NCBI RefSeq assembly: GCF_963676685.1
Contig: NC_092346.1
Span: 47,554,001 to 47,618,000, forward strand
Origin: Mytilus edulis
Lineage: Eukaryota
Direction of reading: 5' to 3'
Length of the DNA stretch: 64,000 nt
The first letter of the stretch is position 1, and each line of letters opens with the position of its first letter. Shown here piece by piece: positions 36,900-51,800 of this stretch. The position numbers and the translations under genes were made by a program. Below the pieces are notes generated by a model. It was not told the origin of the DNA and did no database searches. It saw only the letters and a list, made by a program, of their open reading frames with translations.

Positions 36900-39800
36900 G
36901 TAAGTGTTTTGCAATCATTAATGTGTGTATACATGTAACCCAAATCTTAAAAACTAAACTGTAATATCAAAAATAGGGAATACATTTCACAACGGCCTGC
37001 CATATCGAAACTTTTGATAGCTTTTTATTTTGTCTTAGTTATGCTTATTGGTGAAGGTCGTATGATAATCTAAATATACTTCATTTTCGTTTTTATGTTT
37101 CCGTTGTGTAAACTAAACAAGTTTAAGAATGATTTTCACTTAAAGAGGAAGCTTACGATATCAGAATTACCGAACGTATCATTGGAATGATGTAAAAACT
37201 GAACTGACAACTGGTTATATGGTAAGACTCGAGAGGATTAGCACCAAACATGTTTTACACGTTGCTAGAAGTCATGCGGTTGTCTTATTGATCAAATTAT
37301 GTATTTATGGTTATTCATGTGTTGTTGTTCTAAGGATAATAATCGAATGAGTTAAATATTGTTTGTTCTGATTTTTTTAAATGACTAAGATGGATTTTCC
37401 CCCTTTGTTCTCTATAAGTATCTGATCCTTGGGGAGGTCCGGGTGCAGAACTCCACTTTTTGCTAATCAACGCTTTTGATTAGGGACATATGGTTGGAAC
37501 CCCCTTTATCCATGGTTGGACCTCTTACAAAATAGCTGGATCCACCACTGTCCTCTAAAAGATCCCTTTGTAAAATAAAATCTGTTCTTAATGTATTTGA
37601 ATGGGGATGTATGGATGGAACTACCCTACCTTTATCTACGGTGAAAACCCTCCGCATTTTAATTGGTTTGAAACCCCCATTTATTTAACCGTTGTTGGAC
37701 TCCCTTTTAAAAATGACTGGGTCCGATAAAGCATTTTGTTTTATTTGCTATTTAGCGAAAATGATACTACCGCAAGACAGCTGACTGTCTTTAATTTAGA
37801 ATATCTTCTTTTTCTCGCAGCTTGAGTTATTTCAGGCTATGCTGCATTACCACAAGTTATCTGTAGATGAAATTTTTTCTATTAAGCTTTATTTTTGGCA
37901 TTTACGAATCATATAGTCGGGGTTCTAATTGTCTAGTGCCTATCCCTGGCGTATGACATAAAAAAGATAAGTTAGTAACTCCTCAAGTATGCATTATTTT
38001 TGTTGAAATATTTTGGTAAGATTTTCAATAGTTATTAGGTTTTTTTAGCATACTTTACTGCAGCTGTCACTCGTTATCCGTTTTGTTTTTTTCTATGGTT
38101 TCAATATCATCATTAACAACCATTGGTTACAGACTATTTTGGAACTTAGATTGTGTCCAATAGTTATCAAAGGTACCAGGATTATAATTTAGTACGCCAG
38201 ACACGCGTTTCGTCTACATAAGACTCATCAGTGACGCTCTTATCAAAATATTTATAAAGCCAAAACAAGTACAAAGTTTGGGGCCCTTTATAGCTTGTTG
38301 TTCGGTGTGAGCCAAGGCTCCGTGTTGAAGGCCGCACTTTAACCTATAATGGTTTACTTTTTAAATTGTTATTTGGATGGAGAGTTGTCTCATTGGCACT
38401 CACACCACATCTTCCTATATCTACAAAGTTGAAGAGCATTGAGGACCCAAAGTTCCAAAAAATTGTGCCAAATACATCTAAGGTAATCTATGCCAGGGAT
38501 AAGAAAATACTTAGTTTTTCGAACATTTCTAAAGTTTTGTAAACAGGAAATTTTAAAAAAAAAATGACCACAGTATTGATACTCATGTCAACACCGAAGT
38601 GTTGACTGCTGGGCTGGCGAACCAAATGTCCCCTTAAGCTTTAATTTAGACGAAACGCGCATCTGGCGTACTAAATTATAATTCTGGTACCTTTGATAGC
38701 TACATGTATTAACACCACTGGGTCGAAGCCACTGATGTGTGGACGTTTCGTCCTCGAGGGTATTACCAGCCCAGTAATCAGCACTTCGGAGTTGACATGA
38801 ATATCAATTATATGGTCTTTTTTATAAATTTTCGAAAAAACTAAGGATTTTCTTATCCCAGGAATAGATTACTTTAGCCATATTTGACACAACGTTTTGG
38901 AATTGTGGGTCATCAATGATCTCCAACTTTGTACTTGTTTGGCCCTATAACTATTTTTATATGAGCGTCACTGGTAAGTCTTATGTAGACGAAGCGCGCG
39001 TCTGGCGTACTTCATTACAAATCTGGTACCTTTGATAACTTTTTAATATCCATAAACTGGCAGAAAAACTTCATATTTTGCTGGTTTTGAATCCTATATT
39101 TTTTATTTTTTTTTAAATATTTGTTTAAATTAGTATAACGGCATTTAAAATAGATCCATATAAAAACCAAATTAAGGCCTTTTTGAAATTTAATGACAAT
39201 ATAACTTTTTGGCTCTCATTTTGGATTTTTTTTTCTTTTTCAAGCTATATATTGTCTCTTTCCATTCTTGAATGCTGTTTGCCATTTTAGATATTTAATT
39301 GTAGGTACTTGGACCAGCAGATGACTACTGCTTGCCGCAAGACAAAGAAGCAAATAAACCATCTGCAAATTCTCCTTGTTCTCCCTGTAGAATGATTATT
39401 CTTGCTGCAATAATAATAATACTCCTGATTGGCCTTGGCTGTGCAGCTTATTTCTTATGGCTTAGAAATACCAATGAAAGTTTGTTTAATTTAAATTGTT
39501 AGCTCGTATCCAAAGCTGAAACGTGTACTGATAACATTTTTACCTACAGTATAACGTTTCCTAATACTTAGTAAATTTAATTCAGGTTCAGTTAATTTTT
39601 AATGAACAAAAAACTTTTTTATTGATATGCTATTCCAACAAACTTTAAATCAGTAGAATTTTTGTAGGGTTTTTCAATTGTTACTGGTGAATTTTTAATG
39701 AGTTTGTATAAAATTCCTGAATAATATATATCCGTGTACGTATAAAGACAAATAATTGACGATAATGTACTTAAATATTTATATATTGTTTATAAATTGA

Positions 39801-42800
39801 AGGAAAAAAACAAAACAGATCATGCGTCTTAAATTTCCCTTCTAGATCCATCTTCATTTAGAACGTTTAAACTTAAAAAAATTAAAAGCAAGGTAATAAA
39901 TTCAAATATGAAAACGTACGTGTGCGTGTACCATGTTTCAACTGGTTAAAATAGGCATGGATAATTTTCAGTTTAAACAAATCTATGTGTAATATTAGTA
40001 TACTGTTTTATTATTTAGTATACGTCACAAATTGGACATTTTAAAGCTTTTGAATATCTAATGTAACTATTCGGTTACAGTTTACTGAATGACAAACTAT
40101 ATTTTTAAAGGTTGATTGAAATGAAATATCCGAATATTCAGACAAATAAATAAACGCATACATTATTTTGATATATAAACCAATGACATGCTTCTGTACT
40201 ATTCTTATTCGAGACTCACCTTTAGTTTCCTCTTTATCATTCGTCTTTGAACGTTAAAAAGGGACGTCAGAAGTAATTAATTCTACAGAAAAGGAGAGGA
40301 CATTTTAATGACATACTGGCGAATAAAAAAAAGCTTTTTGTACACTCCAGTTCTAACAAATATTTCTTAAAATATAAATGATAGGTGATTTGGTATATAA
40401 GTAAATATTACAGCATGTCGCCAATACGGAAACCTTAAAGTCAAAGGTTGTCAATGAACGGCTTTCAACGATATGCAGAAGATCCATATATCTAGATTAT
40501 CACACATTTTCCACTAACACAAATTTTGATAAAATAACAAATTAAGATGAAACACAAACATAAACGAAGTAACAGGTTAGGGGGTCGAAGGACACATTAC
40601 CTAATACTGGGTTGCACTACTTTTGTTTAGACCTCAACCCGTTTCGTGTTTAAATTGGACCAGTGAAATTATACAAAATACATTGTATCTATTTTGAAGA
40701 GTGTTCAGTCAGTAATTACACTTTATCAATTTGTAATGTCTATTGCTATCATACATTTGTAATAGATACATTTACTGCAATTCCTTTCAATATTTGACAA
40801 ATGTAAAACATTTCAATTGAAAAAACGATACATTGCAACAAATGACATTAACTTAATTTAAAGAATGTGGCTGCGTTAAACATTTATACGGGTATCTAAT
40901 CTCGCCCTAATCTAGGGAAAGTGATGTAAAAGCACAAAATAAGAACAAGTTATATAACTAAGTTTAAAAATCTTCGCCAGTTTTGTAACATGGAACGTAT
41001 AAATTATGAATCGTGTTGGTCTTCATTTTTATGATTTAATTTTCATTTAACTAAATTTTGAACACGTAGTTACTTTAGGAAGGGCACTAAAAATGAATAC
41101 TAGATTGAAACGAAGGAGTGTCATGAACATCACTTTTAACCAAAATAAACGTAATAGTGTGTGCTATCTGGTATGTTATATTTCAGATGAGAAAACTGAT
41201 ACATTAAACAACACCCAGCATAGTATTACGTCAACGATTGTATCAAGTACATTTAGAACACTAATATTTAGTACAGAAGCGCAAACGGATACCCTTACAA
41301 ATCCAGCTTCTACGCTTACGACATCAACCGATCAGGTTTTATCAACTACAAAAGGTACGTTTTTCATGTAGAGCCAAAACTGTTGACATGCAAAAGAAAA
41401 GTGATCGGCTTCTCTTCTTCTTTCGTTGCTGTCTTATACTTATTAAAAACATGCGACGTTGCCTTACTTTGATGTAAGTACAAAATATAAATCATATTCA
41501 CATTTCGCATGTATAACCACATTTTCCTTTAGCTCTCACCCCATATGGAATTTACTGACCAAATTTAATCCGTATTAGGTCACTAGCACACTATGTAACT
41601 AATAAAGTATCGCTAATCTATCATGGAATATACATGGCCTCCACACGGTTGCTTTTAACCATTCATATTCCTAGAAATGTATAGGAATTAAGATAATATA
41701 TTTTGTTAATCCTCAGATGTGTTTTATTTTCCATTCAGAGAGTAGCCCGTCAGAAGCACCAAGTTCAACTACGGAAATCTACTGTAAGTACTTTATTGCA
41801 TAAAAAAAATAGTGAACGAAACTGTATACATAATTACAGAAGGACGTTGGAAAATAGTTTGTAAAGAAAATTCAATGTAAAGTATTGGGTATATTGTCAT
41901 TTTCCCTTTCTGTTGTTTTTTTTCTATTTTAAAAGGTAAGGTTATCAAATATTATCTCACGTCTGTTAATGATTCTCTTGGTAGATGATTGTCGCTGATG
42001 AGGAAATATTGACCCAAATATTCTCAATGTACATTTGAAGACATCTTTTTGGGAAATATTAAGGCCAATATTATGATTAGTTAACTGTTTTGAGTTGTAT
42101 ATGTCACATATGACCACTAAATTGTAACACTTGTACAGTCTGTCTGATATATTGTAATGACTTGGCCAAGCGAAATTCCTTGGCAAACATGTGTATTTTC
42201 ATGTCGAGCACCTGTTATCGCCTATGATTCGATGTTTGGCTATTTTAAAGTTTGACACCGGTTCTCACCTTTTTAATTCAATTCATTATGTTTTCAGTGT
42301 TCTATGTAATCCGTTTTCCAAGTGTAAAACCATTTTTATTGTTGTATAAACGAGATAACTTTTGTAGTAAACTTTCACTTTCACTTCAGTCGCCATTTCC
42401 GGCACAATGATTTTAGTGTATTGATTATGCAAATGAGGTGACCTGTGAGTAACCTCAGTGAACTTTATGTACCACTAGCGTAAAACAGTGTATGAATACT
42501 ACAGCGCCGTAGATTGATTATTCCAGGATTATTGTATTAAAACGATATTGTTGGTGATTGTAAATGATACTAAGATGATTTTTATGTTCCGTAAACATGT
42601 TGTTTACGTTTTTATGTACTTAATTCTAGCAATCGGGGATTATTTTCGTTCTTGTCAGGCCCGTTCACAGTTCCCCGTTCGTTTTCCCGTTAAGAACCGT
42701 TCGTTGCCCCGATAGCTTCATCGGGGTATAAAAGGCTTGCACCCGTTCATCAGGGGCTCTTCCTACTTTGTCAGACCTACGGAGATGTTGCCAGATTTTC

Positions 42801-45800
42801 GGTCAGTTGATACTGTCAATAGCTGAAGTTTATCATATTTTTATCATGTATTTCATGAGATTTTAAGCAGTTTTACTGCAGTTTAGCCGGACGTTTTGGA
42901 CTTGTTCTGTTCATTATAAGTCTTTGTATTCTAAGACTTAGATCAGAATCAAAAATGGATTTAATATAATTGTACATGTACATATAAATAGCTGGTCTCT
43001 TGTTTCTTTTAGTTAATCGGAATAAAGTTACATGCCTTCCCCATTCCCCTTTCCCCTCCCATTTTGTTAAGGACATTTTGTTAAGTATCCTGTTTGCTGA
43101 GATTTTCCAGCATTCAGAGAGAATATTTGTTAATTCTGAATATTTGTTAGGTTAGGAATTGTAAGAAGCTAGAATAGTTAAACTGCTTTGTAAATAATCT
43201 CAATCTCAGCGATTGAAGTTGTCTTCCTGTGCTTACTCCAGGAGGCTGAAGTCATAGTATTAAATATAACAAGTTAAGGTTATTTTTAATGTATAATTTA
43301 TTAGAAGATGGCATAGATATAATATATGTATGTTAATGTTATAGCATATTTGATAGTTGATTGAACACTGAAGCAAATAATTTAGATAAAAACTGTGTAA
43401 TATTGTTAACTGAACAGTTCATGAATTTACTGATAAAACATCTTTATGCTCACATTTATCTTACTTTTCCTTGCTGAAAACACATATAATACGCCATTGT
43501 TGTCCAACTGGTTTCTGGTTGTTGTCCTTAGACTGTCTCATGAGAGAATAGATCTTCTTGTTAGACTGAGACAAGAGACTATTCGATTGTCAGATAGATA
43601 ATATTCATTTGTGGAATAGTCTGATGGTACTGTCCTGGAAGTTTCCACTTCTTGAGTGTTAGTTTATATGCGATTCCAGTTTATAGAGGTGCAGCCTCTA
43701 TTTTACAGTGTAATGCTGTTCTATAAACTACACGATAGAAAGTGCGTTTAGATACACAGACTATTACGTATTTGAATATTCGTTACCCATATTGTTCTCG
43801 CAATTTGAGTTTCTCGTTAAATATAAAGTAAAGTTAATGTGTCAGAAGTGTTTTAACCCTGTTGTTAAACCATTCTCTGTTTTAGACTAGTTATTCTAGT
43901 CTATTGAGGTTCCCTGTGTACCTGTAAACACAGGTGGTGGCAGCAAAGTAAAAGACACCCGTTTGGCCAGTTATTACAATATCTCCCATTTGATACCATA
44001 TTTCCGCGCTTGTATATCCTATCATGATTTCCTTGGTAAAAGGTTGCTGCTTAAAAGGAAGCCATTAAACCAAGAGTTTTAAATGATGAAGTTGAAATCA
44101 TCCCTTCGTCAATTTTACGGACGCAATCACGAAATGGTTGACCGTTATGGAATAACCGTATCACAGATAATATTGGATATAATTCCCTTCCCTTTTCACG
44201 AATGTGACCTACTGAACTAGATATATATCGCATTTGTACTCATATGAGCAACACGATGGGTGCCTTTATGATCACTCCCATTTTTGGTGATGTTCGTGTT
44301 GCTCAGTCTTAAGTTTTCTATCTTGTGTCTCGTGTACTACTATTTACTGTTTGTCTTTTTCGTGTTTAGCCATAGCGTTGTTAGTTTTTTTTTCTATCTA
44401 TGAGTTCGACTATTCTTCTGGTATCTTTCGCCCCTCTTTAATCAACAGATAATATTGGACCCTAGTATTCAGAGATAGTGTTCATCTATTTCATGTTATA
44501 AAGAATAAAAACTTGACATTGCGTCAGCCGGATTATTTACAACAAATTATAAAGTAATACATAACCTAAAAAACATTTCTCAAAAAAATGTGTGAGTGAT
44601 AAAATAAAATAAGATATCCTGAAAGACTGCAAGTTTAACTTCGGTGTTTATTCGTCATTAGCCTTTATGACAGGTGTCACCAGACTTTTACTAAAACGGA
44701 TACTTGAGTCAAATTTTTTTTCATGGAAGTGATAATTCATTCAACGTTTTTAAACTTTTTACCAAACTTTGATTTTACAAATACTAAAGATGTTTTACAC
44801 AATCAGAATACCTTATTCGTCAAAACCTTTTGGAATTTTCGTTTGTTAATGCTTTTCAAATCCGGAGTTCATTTGGACGTTTTGACTCATTTGATTCGAT
44901 TGTCACTGAAGAGTCTTTTGTAGACGAAACAAGCGTCTATGGATCACAATTATATGCCTAGTATCTCTTATGATAGAGGGTTACTGCTCACAAGGAAGCT
45001 ATTAAACCAAGAGTTCCAAATGGTGAAGTTGAAATTATCACTTCGTAAATTGTTCGGACGCCATCACGAGTCGGTTGACCGTTATGGAATAACCGTTTCA
45101 CAAATGATATCGGATATGTTCCTTACGTCGTAACTACAATCCCCTTCCTTTTCATGAATTTGAACTACCGAATTAGACTTTTTACCGGATTTGTAATCAC
45201 ATAAGCAACACGACGGGTGCCGCATGTGGAGAAGGATCTGCTTACCCTTCCGGAGCACCTGAGATCAGCCCTAGTTTTTGGTGGGGTTCGTGTTGTTTAT
45301 TCTTTAGTTTTCTATGTTGTGTCATGTGTACTATTGTTTTTCTGTTTGTCTTTTTCATTTTTAGCCATGGCGTTGTCAGTTTGTTTTAGATTTACGAGTT
45401 TGACTGTCCCTTTGGTATCTTTGGTCCCTCTTTTATTAGTTTACCTAAACCTAATGTGTCGATTACACTGCTTGTAGAGGTTTAATCTCGGGATTATCCA
45501 ATGCTCAGTTTTCAGCACTAATGTGTTGATCTATTTATGAGTTTTGAACATCAGTAAACTACTGTATCCTGAATTTGACATAACATATCCTTGATATTAT
45601 CATAAAGATTAAAAAAATGTTAAATTATTTGAAATTCTAAGAATATTCTACCCGAAGAGTAGAAATTTTGAGTCTTCGAAGCTCCAAAATTTCATACTCT
45701 TTTGTGTTTTTTATTCTTTTATCTCGAGGTTTTGTAGACGAAACTCGCGCCTGGTTTACACAATTGTGACCCTAATAAATCTATGATGAGACTATTTCTA

Positions 45801-48800
45801 GTTGTTGGTCTTTTTAAAGAAGGTTGTAAATAAGTCAATTTCAATTTGTGTTTTCTTGGGGTTTTTTTTTTTTTTTTTTTTTGTGTTTTTCTTTTACTAA
45901 TTATGAAGAGTACTTAAATCCAAAACATGATTTCTTTCGTTTACACCATAAAGGTTCACCTACTGATAGAATCATTTTTCAACTCAATCCTGATCAAATA
46001 GCTGACCCGGAAGTTAGCAGAAATTTGTTGCCGCACACTTGCGAAGCCTACGTTGGTTACCCTGCAGGAGACATAAGCATTGAGATTTTGAAGTCAGGAG
46101 AGCAAGAGTTCAGAAAACTAGATGTTATCATTGAGAGCACAGTGGACAACAGGACGTCATGCGAAATACATAGAAAAATAGTATTTAGAATAGTATTTAC
46201 ATCTGATATGGAGAAGGCTATCATCAGATGTTCAGTAATTAATAAACACTTCCCAGATTCTCCAGCCTTTTATTCAAAAAATGAAACAGTTCGTCTAATA
46301 CCAGGTAAATATCACTTGTTTATTGTTGTGAATATGGACTTCAGTTGAACCTAATAAATCTTTATCCTTATTCTTACTAATAACTATTTTTATTTTACCG
46401 TTTATCAAAATAATATTGCGTTTTATGTAAATAAACTTATTGTTAAAGAGGCGGTAGCTGTCAAATTATGTTCACCGTTTTGACTCAAATTCCCAACTTT
46501 TGGTTTATAGCATACTAAATATTATATACAAATTATGAAAAATCTAAAATAAGCAATTTACAATGCATTGGATTGAATATATTTATTAGCATTTAGTGTG
46601 AATTCTAGTCTAGATGAATTTTCGGCTTTCCCTTAAAACCATTTGCGAGTAAGGTCTTAAGAAAGATTGATATTCCGTCGGAGGGGGACGATAAATGGCT
46701 GACCCGTGCAAGTGAAACCATATCTCTTGCACGTAAACGACACTCTTGTTGATTTCGAAAAAGTGAAGGCTTATGTCCCTACAATGCTGCATTTGAATCC
46801 ACAAAGTGGAATGGGATTAATATAAGTTGAAATAACTTGTTTCCAAATCCACTTTTTATAGATATGTTAAAACTAAAAATAATCTAATGACATGAAAAGC
46901 TGCATAAAAACATATGAAAATTAAAATAAAAAAAATAATGCATATTGGTTTTTTTATAACTAAATGGCTAGTTTTAATTATAGAACTCGTAAACTAATTA
47001 TTTTATTATTTTCTGAAGACAACTCTTTAACTTTTCAAAATTTAGAAGAAGTGTACATTTTTGAGATTGGTAGATGTAGGCCAATAATTCGCCGGCATAT
47101 TTGCCGTATGTATTTACTAGTGAATTTTCACGTTAAACTCCGAAAATAACAATAAGCAAGTTTGGAGGGGTAAACCAGATTAGTAGAGATATTCAACAAG
47201 CGTAAACATCGCTCCGTCATTCAAAAAATGTATATATCTCATTATCGCTATTTTACGAAATTTTTCTTTCATCTTACTGAGTGATAATTTCTTTTCTCAG
47301 CGGACTCTAGTGATATGGGAAAAAAATCGCTAGAAACTAAGGGGGCACATGGCGTTGTGAATGAGATTTCATAGAAATTGACAACGTCGTCATAGGTACA
47401 ATTTGCGATTATCATTGGTCATCTTAACTCGATTGCTTTTCTTACTTTTGCCGTACCGACTAAAGCGAGAGAATCAATCTCGTTGTGATGATCAACGATA
47501 ATCTATAATTATACATGTTGAAAAGATGATTAAGTTTATGATATATGCATGCATTGGTTCAAGAATTATCCGTATTTTTCACAATGCAAACACGCCAAAA
47601 TAAAATATCATCAGATTAACGCCATCGGTATTTGGTATGCTATTTGTTTAATCTTATTATGAAGCGATACAAACTACTGTGAATGCATATAAATAAAAGA
47701 AACAGAACAATACCGAATACGTTTTTGCAGGTGTGATTAAATGCCCGACTCTTAAACAGTTTGAATTGTCGTTCTTTGAATAGATTACGTCCAATAATTC
47801 ATCACGCAATGTAAGTGAAGAATTCACTATTTGATCAACTCATATCAAAAAGCTGTGTATGTATATTTACAGCAGTAAAATCATTTCAGGTGATTCGTGT
47901 AAAGATAACACTGTATCCCAAAGCAACCGTGTACATCCTACAAACTGTAAATATTATATTGAATGCCAGAACAAAGAACCCTATGGTCGTGCATGTCAGT
48001 ACGGCTATTGTTTTGGAATATACACAGTAGAAACATGCACTCCTTGCAATGATGTTACATGTCCAGCAACAAGTAAGAAAGTGTTCGCATAAGGAAAACA
48101 TATTTAAAATGTGGTAATGAATAAAAACACTATGCATTATTTTAGAAAATTTCAACTGAGTTTTAATTATCATTTGAAAGCGCAGATATATGTTGGACGT
48201 TCTTTTCAATGTTATATCAATTATTTCCGAAATGCAAAAAAAAATCCAATGAAGAACAAATTACATTCAAATATCCAGAAGTTAAAAGACAATAGACATA
48301 GCAATATTTTTTAAGATTCAGACTTAAAATGTGGAAGGTTTTCAAATTTCAATTAAAGATAGATGTAAAAACAAATATCTAAATTAAATGTGTACAATGT
48401 CAATTTCAACTTTTTCCTTTTTTAATATACTTTATATTTATTTCGTTTTGAGCATCACTGAAGAGACAAAAATTGTAGAAGTTCGCATTAACTGCAGTAT
48501 CAAAAATACCTTTCATTGTATTAGCTATATAAAATAGTAGAAGTCGTATAATAAGATACTTATCCCATATGCAGAGACGACATGATGTTGATAAGATAGA
48601 CTATAGGTCATTGTTTGTCCTTGAACAATTGACAAAACATTGCCACATAAGATACCGATAAAAAGGCCACACAAAATTAAATTTAAATGAAAACGCGAAC
48701 GAGTTATTTTAAGCCAGATTACATTAAACAAATATGGCATATATTAACCAATGAAATAAAGTCCCCTGACTTGAAACCGGCCCAAATAATTTTATGCTGT

Positions 48801-51800
48801 AAAACGTGTTAGCAAGTGCTAAACCTTTGAAAGTTATTAAACAGCACAACATATGTACAAAGTTTATAAAAATCAGTTTAAAATGGCTTGAAAAATTTAA
48901 TCGGCTCTTAAAACACGAAAAACAACAAAAGACACAAAATACCAACAAAAGATTCAGCAGTTACTGAAAGCTAGTTTTGTGTTTTGTAAATTGATATTTT
49001 AATCTTTAGCTTGTTAATAACAAATCTTGTTGATATCATGCATTTTCTAATTTTCATTGGTGATATATGGAAATGGAAAGAAATAGTGAATTTACTCCAA
49101 TTCATAGATTTTATTTTATGCCCTTCAGAACCAGTAAGACGCAAAAATATCAAGTAACTGCTGTATGCCACAGAATAGGACATAAATGTATTTGAATAAA
49201 CGATGTTTAATTTGTGATCTTCACCATATCATGACAAAAAAATATTAATGTATTATTATAGAAAATTTTATTTCCCTTCAAAGGTAGCTCCTGCACAAAT
49301 ACGACTGTTGTTCAGAAGGTAATATAATAAAATTTAAAAGATATAGAACTTATTTGAAAGAAAGATGACCATATATCAAAAGAAAACACTTTTTAAACTT
49401 GTATCAATAGCAAATAGTTTTAAATCAAACCAAACAAAAGCATCTAAGCAGATGTTAACGAAACATAGGTTTGATATACTGAAGCAAATTGACCAGTTTC
49501 GAAACAATTAATATGTAAATTCTATATAAAGTATACTACATTAACAAAAAAACATCTTTCAATTCCTTAACACATATTTAATTCTTTTATCAGAGATAAT
49601 CAATAAGCATCTCATTCTGTAATTTTAAAAAGAAAGGCAGACAGTAGTTTCGATACATGCTACAGTTGTTCACATGCAGAAACAAGCTCACAATAAGCAA
49701 TTTTAATTCACTATGTTAAGGAGTATGGACGACTTCCCTTGACTTGATTTTATAACACTCACAATATCAAAATCATTGTCAATTCTTACTTGAAAATGAG
49801 TATAAGAACGTGTTTACTAAGGCAACAGTTATCAAATCTCAGAAGACGATTAAAAAAATCATGATAAACACTGAAGAAACGGCATGAACTCAAAAAGGAG
49901 AAAACCCGGGTGCGCATACAAGGTCAGCGTCCGCAGCTATATATACTACATCATCCGCAGCTATATATACTACATCATCCGCAATTCGAATCTACACTAA
50001 GTCAAAATGTCAAAAACGGTAAAATTATAGAACAGACGACTTTACTGTTGTATATATAAAAACATCAATGTATAGCTTAGGTTGAACAATGTTGAACTCC
50101 AATGTTATGTATAAACAATATTAAGATAAATACTACTTGTATCTATGATGAGATTATTTGAAACCTGTTCATACATTAATTAACAAAAACTGATCTGTTG
50201 ATTATTTTCATTTATTCAATATGTGGTTCATTTGATATCAGTTTGCCATTGGTTAAAATTCGATATGACCTCAAATTGTCTAGCTTTTTTTCTGAAATTT
50301 TTATTCAGAAGTTATGAAAAAGACGATCCTGCCTGATGACGTCACAATGATGAGATCATTCGAAAAGAATGATTTCGTCTCAAATCCATTAGAGAAACAG
50401 ATTTCACCAAAAAATCTGGTGCAATACGTTCAATATCCAGTATCAACACATAAATTTAAATATGTAAAATGCTTGGCCAACCTCGCGGTTTAAATGTGAA
50501 AATTTAAATCTCCAGTAGATAAATGTCGCATCACACTTGGTACAGTGGTATAACCTTTATGTAACAGTAATGGAGAAAGACTATTTTGAAAACTGTTTAG
50601 TTCAAAGTAATATTGTAATGTTCTTGAAATTATTTTTATTCCTTTTACAGCAGAACAAAGTCAATATGACAATACATTCTGATCAGGTTGCTGGGCTGAC
50701 TTCCACAAGAGCTTCAAATCTACATAGTTGCTCTGGTTTAATTGGCAATCTAACGGGTGACATACAAGTTCAAATACAGTTGGCAGGGAATAATAATTAC
50801 CAAACAATCATTCCTAGCTATACAACCAAAGTAGATACAACAGAAAACTGCGAATTAAAAAGAGTTCTCAAGTTTTGGATTGGATTCACTGTGGATATGT
50901 ACAATGCAACCATTAGATGTAGAGTAAAAAACGGCTTTCATCCGGATGTTTCGCCGATCTACTCTAACAGTGTAACTCTTTACCTGGTTTCCAGTAAGTA
51001 GATGTTCATAAATAATAATTTGTATATTGCATCAAAATTAAAATAAAACAAGCAAAGACGGCCGTTTCGTTTAAACCGATAAGGCCTTTCCGAAACTTTT
51101 GAATGAATAAAAGCAAAACAAGCGTTGCTACTTTTACGGGGGGCATTGTGGTCGATGGATTTTTTTTATCAACATTCTTGCCCTGACTAACGAAAAACAC
51201 CATGCCTAAGACAAAATGAAAATAAATAATCTGCCCCAATTACTGGAGAACATATTCCCATACCATCCCGTCTCATTGATATGCTCCCAACAAAGTAGAA
51301 CAGAAACTACAGAATTATATTCTTTCAATATACCCGAGAGAACACGTTTGTCTGCGTAGCGGTTTGTTATATGCGGGTTTTAGAATTTAGAATAAATAAT
51401 GATAATAATAAAATATCTCATTAAGCGAAAGAAAATCGTTTAACAAGAACATGTTTATCTTTTCTGCCATCAAAACTAATTATACTAAATAGAAATGTAC
51501 AAACAAATAAAACACGTAAATTACAGTTAACAAAATAAAGCAGCTTCAATTGAATAAGCACACATGCATTAAATGAAAGAAATACATATAAATAATACTT
51601 AGGATTCAGTTATCGTCATTCTGTAAAGTTAAACAATCATTGAACTATGTGAGATTGATTTTACTTTTCAGATTTGTTTCATCATTAATAAAAGAGGGAC
51701 GAAAGATACCAGAGGGACAGTCAAACTCATAAATATAAAATAAAATGACAACGCCATGGCTAAAAATTAAAAAGACAAACAGACAAACAATAATACACAT

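Larger units (their letters stand above)
38161..39040. mobile_element. Two hammerhead-containing retrozyme-like repeat units (about 340-365 nt) in inverted orientation
   Basis: Minus copy 38161-38618 and plus copy 38648-39040. Ribozyme remnants in the plus copy are 339 nt apart (38649, 38988). Both copies end at GGTACCTTTGATAACT. Confidence 0.8.

Noticed and set aside
46443-47150. Possible TTAA-flanked (Kolobok/piggyBac-like) element
   Set aside because: Only one candidate end is visible, with no matching TIR.
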